Shown: piece after piece, positions 25,873 through 32,000 of the stretch
Position numbering within the stretch: position 1 is the stretch's first letter
Layout of the letters: the number at the start of each line of letters is the position of its first letter
DNA from: Nostoc sp. TCL26-01
Lineage (GTDB): Bacteria > Cyanobacteriota > Cyanobacteriia > Cyanobacteriales > Nostocaceae
NCBI RefSeq assembly: GCF_013393945.1
Contig: NZ_CP040297.1
Span: 5,886,809-5,918,808, forward strand
Reading direction: 5' to 3'
Length of the DNA: 32,000 bases
Program-made: the position numbers and the translations under genes
Notes under the pieces: generated by a model
Told to the model about the DNA's origin: nothing
What the model saw: only the letters and a program-made list of their open reading frames with translations
Database searches by the model: none

Positions 25873-26301
25873 TTAGTATCTAATACTTGGGAAAAGTAGA
25901 ATATCTACTATTTCGCCAACTGTTAGCCCTAAAACTGCTAAGACTGTTAAAATCCTAAAAGAATCTAGTTTTTTAAACCCAGAGAAACGTAGCTCTAAAT
26001 CAGCTAATAAAGTAGTTGCTACAGGAATAACAAATAAACTAAATAACAATGACCAAATGGCAACTAAACCAATAGATGCACTCAAGGCTAAAACAACAAT
26101 TAAGGTGCGAGAACCAAAAGAAAGTAACCGCTCTAACCAAGCAAAACTTCTCCGCACTACAACCATTGCCATAGTAGCGATAAAAGCTCCCACTAACCAA
26201 ATAATGTGATGCGCGGCCAGATACCATCCTAAAAGAGCATAGGCTAGCCAGAGTAATATTAAAGACATTACAGGGATTTTATGAAAATATTCTATATTCA
26301 T
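25873..26301 (-). CDS. hypothetical integral membrane protein (4 predicted TM helices)
   Basis: 142-aa ORF with ATG start, almost entirely hydrophobic segments separated by short basic loops. Confidence 0.55.
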   Translation of the reverse strand: MNIEYFHKIPVMSLILLWLAYALLGWYLAAHHIIWLVGAFIATMAMVVVRRSFAWLERLLSFGSRTLIVVLALSASIGLVAIWSLLFSLFVIPVATTLLADLELRFSGFKKLDSFRILTVLAVLGLTVGEIVDILLFPSIRY

Positions 26302-26484
26302 ATTCCTAAACTTAAATAATAATCATGGATGCAGTATATTAATCTGTTAACAAAGACACGATTATACAGAGAAAAGGCTTTGCAAAAATTATTATTAATT
26401 TAAATTAATTATAGATAAATAGCTCACATACTATGTATCCATATGATACCCTATTTTTATTGATGAAGTCGATTATGTTAGCGT

Positions 26485-27021
26485 TTATTCAAGTTGCAAT
26501 AGCTCAATAGTTGACTTGAGCCAATCAATATAAATCTGTTCACGGCGCATAATTAATTCCTGTATTAGTTGATAGACTAGTTGCTCACGATCTGCTAGGG
26601 TTTCATTAAATGGAGAGAGCTTGATAGTTTGACAATCATTAACTTTTTCATAGTGAGCAGCTAATTGTTTTTCCAGCAAATTAACGATCGCCTCATTGGG
26701 TAACTGCGTCGCAAAAAATAATTGTACAAGCAAAGGTTCGCGGATGGTAGGTAAGGATTGGGAGCATTGCAGCCAGCGCAACAACTCAGCGTTTCCGGCT
26801 GCTGTAAGACTGTAGACTTTACGGTTCGGGCGATCTTGTTGAATTTCTACATTACAGGTAATCCAATCTTGCTCCAGTAGCTTTTCTAAAGTTTTGTAAA
26901 TATGTGCTTGATCTGCTGGCCAAAGGTGAGCCAGACATTTGTCAAAACAACTCGTTTTCAGATCATAACCTGTCATGTTTTGCTTTTGCAGGAAACCAAG
27001 AATTGCGTGTGCTAGAGACAT
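26485..27021 (-). CDS. PadR-family transcriptional regulator (with C-terminal Vir_act_alpha_C-like domain)
   Basis: N-terminus AILGFLQKQNMTGYDLK....W.A.QAHIYKTLEKLLEQDWI...........RKVYSLTAAG is the PadR winged-helix signature. Confidence 0.85.
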   Translation of the reverse strand: MSLAHAILGFLQKQNMTGYDLKTSCFDKCLAHLWPADQAHIYKTLEKLLEQDWITCNVEIQQDRPNRKVYSLTAAGNAELLRWLQCSQSLPTIREPLLVQLFFATQLPNEAIVNLLEKQLAAHYEKVNDCQTIKLSPFNETLADREQLVYQLIQELIMRREQIYIDWLKSTIELLQLE

Positions 27022-27237
27022 AGACGGTTTTCCGAAAATAAAGTAGTGAAAACTATATTTGATAACTCCTATATTGATTATGCTAATATATGAATATTCT
27101 TATATAGAAAAGACACAACAAAGCACAGGTCATCAAACTCACGTTCTTAACAAAAAAGCCCTGACGATGGTTGTCATGATCTAAATGAAAAATTATTCAA
27201 GTTATTAAAGAATATCGTCACGGGAGGACAATTTCCA

Positions 27238-27648
27238 TTGACTTCTAACATACTCTTACAAAGGATACATCAACATCAATATCTAAGTAATTTACGTAAC
27301 AAGTTACTAAGACTCCACAAGGTTTTACTAGATGCAGAACGCATTACTTATGAACAAGTTCGTGGTAGAGTTTCCAGTGGAGAATTTTTGCAACTTGTGA
27401 TTGGTCATGAGCAATTTGCTTGGTTACATTGTATTTCTGAATTAGTGGTGCAAATTGATGAAATACTCGCAGCCGATGAACCTTTATCGATAGATAGCGT
27501 TAAAGCTTTAACTGCTCATATCCGCACCTTACTTTCACCATCAGAGGAGGGTAACACCTTTGCGAGAAAATACTATACTGCTCTCCAGGATGAACCTAGT
27601 GTGGTGCTAGCTCATGCAGATGTGTCACAGTTGCTAGCAGTTAAATAA
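27238..27648 (+). CDS. hypothetical protein
   Basis: 136-aa ORF with no internal Met. TTG start 9 nt after GGGAGGA. Helical-looking non-repetitive sequence, followed by an STRR array and hairpins. Confidence 0.55.
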   Translation: MTSNILLQRIHQHQYLSNLRNKLLRLHKVLLDAERITYEQVRGRVSSGEFLQLVIGHEQFAWLHCISELVVQIDEILAADEPLSIDSVKALTAHIRTLLSPSEEGNTFARKYYTALQDEPSVVLAHADVSQLLAVK

Positions 27649-27650
27649 TA

Positions 27651-27687
27651 GGGGATAGGTGATAGGTAATAGGTGATAGGTGATAGG
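27651..27687. repeat. STRR tandem heptamer array (GGTGATA/GGTAATA, about 5 units)
   Basis: ggggataggtgataggtaataggtgataggtgatagg, same family as 2061-2130. Confidence 0.85.
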
Positions 27688-27738
27688 AAAACTCTGTTGT
27701 TTTCCTCCTTTATCTATTTTCTTAACATTAGCTAAATT

Positions 27739-27777
27739 AAAGCACCGCTAGATATCTGGCGGTGCTTTGCTTTTGTT
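27739..27777. terminator. rho-independent terminator-like hairpin between convergent genes
   Basis: AAAGCACCGC (27739-27748) pairs perfectly with GCGGTGCTTT (27759-27768) around a 10-nt loop, followed by gcTTTTgTT on the plus strand. A weaker hairpin GGAAAAC-tctgtt-GTTTTCC lies at 27686-27705. Confidence 0.6.
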
Positions 27778-27809
27778 ACAGATTTATAGTCAGTTAATAC
27801 TAGGAAAAA

Positions 27810-28163
27810 TTAGGAATTTTCATGCTCTTGGTGATGATTTGTTTGTATGTCAGTTTCTAATAGCCTGGACATAAATACATCTGGTTTTCTGCTCACAACA
27901 GACACAACTTTATCAATCCCAACTACTTCACTGATTTTGACAATCATTTCCCACAAAGTATCTTCTTCGGTATCTTTGTTGTGAGTTCTGTGTTTAAACC
28001 ATAACAAATCATCCCACACCCCAATAATCGTGGCGTAATACCATTTATCTCTTATAAGTATCCAGATTTCTTGCTCTAGGTAGGTTTGTAGAATAGATTT
28101 CACAGTTAATGCAGTAGTAAAAAACGATGTGGTAAATACTATGTGGGTGTAGAGTACAAACAC
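27810..28163 (-). CDS. hypothetical protein
   Basis: 117-aa ORF with GTG start and no recognisable domain. Coding status uncertain. Confidence 0.35.
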   Translation of the reverse strand: MFVLYTHIVFTTSFFTTALTVKSILQTYLEQEIWILIRDKWYYATIIGVWDDLLWFKHRTHNKDTEEDTLWEMIVKISEVVGIDKVVSVVSRKPDVFMSRLLETDIQTNHHQEHENS

Positions 28164-28410
28164 AATCGTGTGAATACGGAATAAATCAAAGCTTTTGACA
28201 ACATTGGTACTGAAGAAAATTTTCTATCAATCAACACAGAGTATAAATAGTTGCCCATTATCGCAAAGCGATCGCCTCCACTCATTTTCACTCATCTGGT
28301 TAAATGTAGTCCGAAATACATTTTTTCGGGCATAATGCAGATATATTGCAAAAACATCCATCTTTAGATTGAACACACATCTATCTCTAGGTATAAATAT
28401 TGCAGCAAGG

Positions 28411-31113
28411 ATGAGATACTGGCTCGCCAAATTAGCAATCTGCACATTATTGCTCTACAATCTGCTGTTGGGAACGAATTATGCCACAGCAGAACCATTC
28501 GCTGATATCCAGCAATTAAATCTATTTTCCAGAGAAACGTATCTACAAGAAGATTTTGGGCGATTTCGGCAGCTAGTTCCAGATACAACTAAACTAGAGG
28601 GACTATTCACACTTTATCGTCAAGAAAACTCTGGCGAAATTTACTTAGCAATTAAGCCAGAACAGCTCAACAAAAACTATCTAGCTACAGTGACACTAGA
28701 ATCAGGTGTAGGCGAAGGGGGAATTTATAGCGGATTACCTCTGGCTGACTACCTATTTTATTTCCAGCGAGTCAACCATAATTTACACTTTGTTGTACGG
28801 AATGTGAAATTCCGCACAGCAGATAATGAACCAGAAAAGCGATCGCTTGCTCGTTCCTTTAGCGATTCAGTTCTGTATTCATTAGCTATAGACAGCATTG
28901 ATCCCTATAGCAAAAATATTTTAGTTAACCTCAATTCTCTGTTATTACAGGATTTTCCAGGCTTAACTGCTTTATTAAAATACTCTCTCCAAGCTGACTA
29001 CCGCTTAGAAAAAAACACATCCTATTTTGACAGAGTTAACAGCTTACCAGAAAACTTAGAGATTGAAGCAATTTATGGTTTCTCTGCCTTAGAAGGAGCA
29101 GATTTAGTAACTTTACCTGACAGCAGAGCGCTGAATCTTAAAGTACATTATAGTTTCTCACAATTACCAGAAAATAACGGCTATATCCCCAGACTCGCTG
29201 ATGATCGAGTGGGATACTTTATCACTGCTTTCCAAGATTTCTCAAACCAGCAAACTCAAGAACCATTTGTCCGTTATATTAATCGTTGGCATCTAGAACC
29301 CACTGATCCTAGCGCACCTTTATCTCCCCCCAAACAACCGATTGTGTTTTGGATTGAGAATGCTGTACCACCTTCCTACCGTCAAGCAATTCGTGAAGGT
29401 GTGCTGATGTGGAATCAAGCATTTGCTCAAGCCGGATTTGTCGATGCGATTGAAGTTAAGCAAATGCCAGATGATGCTGACTGGCAACCAGCTGATATCC
29501 GTTACAATACAATTCGTTGGTTTAATTCTCTGGATGCAGGTTTTGCTAAAGGCTTGATGCGCGTCAACCCACTCACCGGTGAAATCTTAGATGCAGATAT
29601 TATCATCGATGCCAATATGGTGCGATCAGTTCAGCAAGAATATCGCGTATTGATAGGTGAGTCAACAGTCAATAGTCAATGGTCAATAGTCAATGGTCAA
29701 CAGTCAAGAGTTAAGAGATTGGGAAACCGCAACCTTCTGCCAAACTCTCAATGTATGGATGAAAACTCACCTTTAACTTCCCAAAGGGAGACAGAAGTTT
29801 GTTACAGCCACGATGCTTCCGAACAAGCCGCTATGGGGGCCTTGGCTTTGTCGCTGTTGCACAACACTAAACCCAGTAGTGCTGACATGACAAAGTATGT
29901 ACACGAATATTTGCGTTATCTAGTAGCTCATGAAGTCGGGCATACTCTTGGCTTACGCCACAACTTTCACGGCAGTACCATGTTAGCACCGGAGGAATTG
30001 AATAATACGGAAGTTACCCACACTAAGGGTTTAGTGGCTTCGGTGATGGACTACCTACCAGTGAATATAGCCCCCCAAGGAGTAGAACAAGGGGACTATT
30101 TTCCGCAAGTAATCGGCCCTTACGACGAATGGGCGATCGCCTATGGTTACAAGAATAGCCCACAAATAGCAGAAAAAAGTTTTTTAGAAAACATTGCTTT
30201 AGCATCGCCGCAACCAGAATTATCTTATGCCACAGATGAAGATATTTGGGATATCAATCCTCTGGCTAATGTTTGGGATATGAGTAGCGATGTTCTAGTT
30301 TATTCCCAATGGCAAATGGATAACGCGCGGATGATGTGGCAACGTCTAGATGACCATGATTTACCAACTGGGGAAAGTTATAGTCATCTGCGTGTCTTAT
30401 TTAATCGAGTCCTAAAATATTATTTTCGTAACGCTAGTTTACTGGCTCAATATATCGGTGGACAATCGTTTCGTCGTCTCCATGCTGGTGATGAGGGTTC
30501 CTGGGCATTTGTACCTGTTCCCCTGGCTAAACAACGTCTAGTATTGACAAAAATACAAGAATATGTATTTGCTGAAGATGCTTTTAATTTTTCACCACAA
30601 TTATTGCATCAGCTAGCGCCATCACGTTGGCAACATTGGGGTAGTCCTATTCTCAATCACCGTCTTGATTATCCCATCCACGAGAGTATTTTAAGCTGGC
30701 AAACTACCATATTGCGATCGCTCTTAAATAGCGACAGGCTGCATCGTTTGCAAGATATCGAATTTAAAACCACGCCAGGAGAAGCATTTTCCACAGCAGA
30801 ACTGTTTGACACCATACAACAAGGTATTTGGACAGAAGTTTTTACCCAAGAGAAATCCCAGTCAATTTCCAGTATCCGCCGTTCATTACAACGGGAACAT
30901 TTAGATATTTTGTTAGAGATGGTGTTGCATAATGTGGATGCACCTGAAGATGGGCAAACCCTAGCTTGGTATGAATTGCGCCAACTACAAAACGCCATTG
31001 ATAGCCAGTTACAAAAATTTGCCACAGAACTAGATATTTACACACTAGCTCATTTAGAATTTTCTGGCGATCGCATCACCAAAGCCTTAAACGCCACATT
31101 ATTCTCTCAATAA
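28411..31113 (+). CDS. secreted zinc-dependent metalloprotease (DUF5117/DUF4953-type zincin)
   Basis: [16 protein letters not shown] zincin motif. N-terminal signal-like [21 protein letters not shown] from ATG 28411, preceded by AAGG; the ORF track opens at TTG 28369. The length and FxRYINRW / WFNS-type segments fit the large DUF5117/DUF4953 metalloprotease family. Confidence 0.85.
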   Translation: MRYWLAKLAICTLLLYNLLLGTNYATAEPFADIQQLNLFSRETYLQEDFGRFRQLVPDTTKLEGLFTLYRQENSGEIYLAIKPEQLNKNYLATVTLESGVGEGGIYSGLPLADYLFYFQRVNHNLHFVVRNVKFRTADNEPEKRSLARSFSDSVLYSLAIDSIDPYSKNILVNLNSLLLQDFPGLTALLKYSLQADYRLEKNTSYFDRVNSLPENLEIEAIYGFSALEGADLVTLPDSRALNLKVHYSFSQLPENNGYIPRLADDRVGYFITAFQDFSNQQTQEPFVRYINRWHLEPTDPSAPLSPPKQPIVFWIENAVPPSYRQAIREGVLMWNQAFAQAGFVDAIEVKQMPDDADWQPADIRYNTIRWFNSLDAGFAKGLMRVNPLTGEILDADIIIDANMVRSVQQEYRVLIGESTVNSQWSIVNGQQSRVKRLGNRNLLPNSQCMDENSPLTSQRETEVCYSHDASEQAAMGALALSLLHNTKPSSADMTKYVHEYLRYLVAHEVGHTLGLRHNFHGSTMLAPEELNNTEVTHTKGLVASVMDYLPVNIAPQGVEQGDYFPQVIGPYDEWAIAYGYKNSPQIAEKSFLENIALASPQPELSYATDEDIWDINPLANVWDMSSDVLVYSQWQMDNARMMWQRLDDHDLPTGESYSHLRVLFNRVLKYYFRNASLLAQYIGGQSFRRLHAGDEGSWAFVPVPLAKQRLVLTKIQEYVFAEDAFNFSPQLLHQLAPSRWQHWGSPILNHRLDYPIHESILSWQTTILRSLLNSDRLHRLQDIEFKTTPGEAFSTAELFDTIQQGIWTEVFTQEKSQSISSIRRSLQREHLDILLEMVLHNVDAPEDGQTLAWYELRQLQNAIDSQLQKFATELDIYTLAHLEFSGDRITKALNATLFSQ
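29661..29709. repeat. STRR heptamer array (7 units: GTCAACA GTCAATA GTCAATG GTCAATA GTCAATG GTCAACA GTCAAGA) inside the metalloprotease CDS
   Basis: Direct reading. Translated in frame as [16 protein letters not shown]. Preceded by tgataggtga, which resembles the GTGATAG family. Confidence 0.9.
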
Positions 31114-31721
31114 TCCAACTCCCGCCGCCCTTCCAAAGCTCTAGCTAATGTTACCTCATCAGCGTATTCTAAATCCCCACCCACAGGTAAACCAAAAGCA
31201 ATTCGAGTCACCTTCGTAAATGGTTTGAGTAATTGACCTATATATAAAGTTGTCGTCTCACCCTCCACACTGGGACTAATCGCCAAAATCACCTCTTGCG
31301 GTTTTTGCTGACTCACTCGTCGCACCAACGCCTGAATAGTCAACTGTTCCGGGCCGATACCGTCTATGGGAGAAATCACCCCACCTAAAACATGATACTT
31401 ACCTTTGTACTCGCGGGTTTTTTCCAAGGCAATCACATCACGAGAGTCAGCCACCACACAGATAGTGCTGTTATCTCGATTAACATTGCGACAAATTTCA
31501 CACACAGGTTCAGCCGACAAGTGAAAACAGACAGAACATAAACCTATCTGTTTTTTAGCTTCAATTAAAGCTTGTGCCAAAGCTTCGATTTCAGATTCTG
31601 GGCGCTTTAAAATGTGCAAAGCCAGCCGTTGAGCAGATTTAGGGCCAATTCCCGGTAGGCGTTGCAGTTGTTCAATTAACCGTGCTAAAGGGCGTGCGTA
31701 AACCGTAGTCTTGTCTCCAAT
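31107..31721 (-). CDS. recR: recombination protein RecR
   Basis: C4 zinc finger [16 protein letters not shown], Toprim [14 protein letters not shown] and C-terminal [20 protein letters not shown]. The conserved N-terminal HhH ([32 protein letters not shown]) is in frame upstream of the first canonical start (TTG 31619). There is no ATG, GTG or TTG between the in-frame TAA (31730..31728) and that point, so the 5' end given here (ATT 31721) is tentative. Confidence 0.85.
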   Translation of the reverse strand: MGDKTTVYARPLARLIEQLQRLPGIGPKSAQRLALHILKRPESEIEALAQALIEAKKQIGLCSVCFHLSAEPVCEICRNVNRDNSTICVVADSRDVIALEKTREYKGKYHVLGGVISPIDGIGPEQLTIQALVRRVSQQKPQEVILAISPSVEGETTTLYIGQLLKPFTKVTRIAFGLPVGGDLEYADEVTLARALEGRRELDY

Positions 31722-31801
31722 TGTTACTTAACTATGATGACATTTGTTCACTGTATCTCATCGTCATTTGAGCTTCCTGCCTATACCTCAATACAGAATA
31801 A

Positions 31802-31842
31802 TTTAAGCGCCAGACTAAGATTTTACTTAGCTGGCGCTTAAA
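31802..31842. other. long near-perfect hairpin (TTTAAGCGCCAG-a-CTAAG / CTTAG-CTGGCGCTTAAA)
   Basis: A 17-bp interrupted stem with a 6-nt loop (atttta), in the ORF-free region upstream of recR. A second hairpin GGGGTC-n14-GACCCC plus TTTT lies at 31866-31895. Confidence 0.4.
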
Positions 31843-32000
31843 TCATGCTTAATTTTGTTAACCTTGGGGTCTTTAAAATTAGTTTGACCCCTTTTAAATT
31901 AATGTGCTTATAATCAAGGTCTTTATATTGGCTGACCTCGTTTGAACATTTACAAGTTTCTCAGAGAATTTTGGGATCTCGTAATTTCCTAATATTTTTT

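Noticed and set aside
30023-31045. Minus-strand ORFs 30023..30205, 30669..31025 and 30842..31045 inside the metalloprotease gene
   Set aside because: They are antisense to a 2.7-kb CDS with a zincin motif and have Cys/Ser/Trp-rich implausible translations.

Overview
32-kb chromosomal window with the hallmarks of a filamentous Nostocales-type cyanobacterium: about 28 copies (hand scan) of the HIP1 octamer GCGATCGC, many STRR-type tandem heptamer arrays, small Nostoc-style dispersed or MITE-like repeats, and cyanobacterial core genes (CP12, FtsH, RecR, TlyA, a DUF697 GTPase). I support about 34 protein-coding genes and found no rRNA, tRNA or CRISPR array. Most of the window is housekeeping, envelope or metal-related: a DUF411 metal-binding protein, a MerA-like flavoprotein disulfide oxidoreductase, a peptidoglycan-binding beta-propeller protein, two glycosyltransferases, an EamA transporter, a HAD hydrolase, a SAM methyltransferase, a PadR regulator and a large secreted zinc metalloprotease. 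There are also two Uma2-family endonucleases and a DUF433/DUF5615 toxin-antitoxin pair. The stand-out is a minus-strand four-gene cluster at 14.7-18.5 kb. It begins with an ABC/SMC-type ATPase translationally coupled (ATGA overlap) to a short, apparently 3'-truncated DUF4276 (Toprim-like) ORF. This is followed by a very AT-rich, HIP1-free two-gene cassette. Its first gene fuses an HsdR-N-type PD-(D/E)xK nuclease-like domain to a ParA/Soj deviant-Walker-A ATPase. Its second gene overlaps the first by 8 nt and encodes a ParB/Srx-like protein whose GERR arginine box is degenerate (GADW) and which ends in a ComEA-like helix-hairpin-helix. From memory I cannot match this architecture to any named defence or partition system, so I flag it as a candidate undescribed anti-mobile-element or selfish maintenance module. 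Secondary observations: STRR heptamers translated in frame inside the metalloprotease gene with unit variants that avoid stop codons; a 120-bp STRR block forming the ftsH leader; and recR lacking a canonical start codon at the conserved N-terminus. All domain calls rest on motif recognition by eye; no HMM or BLAST search was possible.
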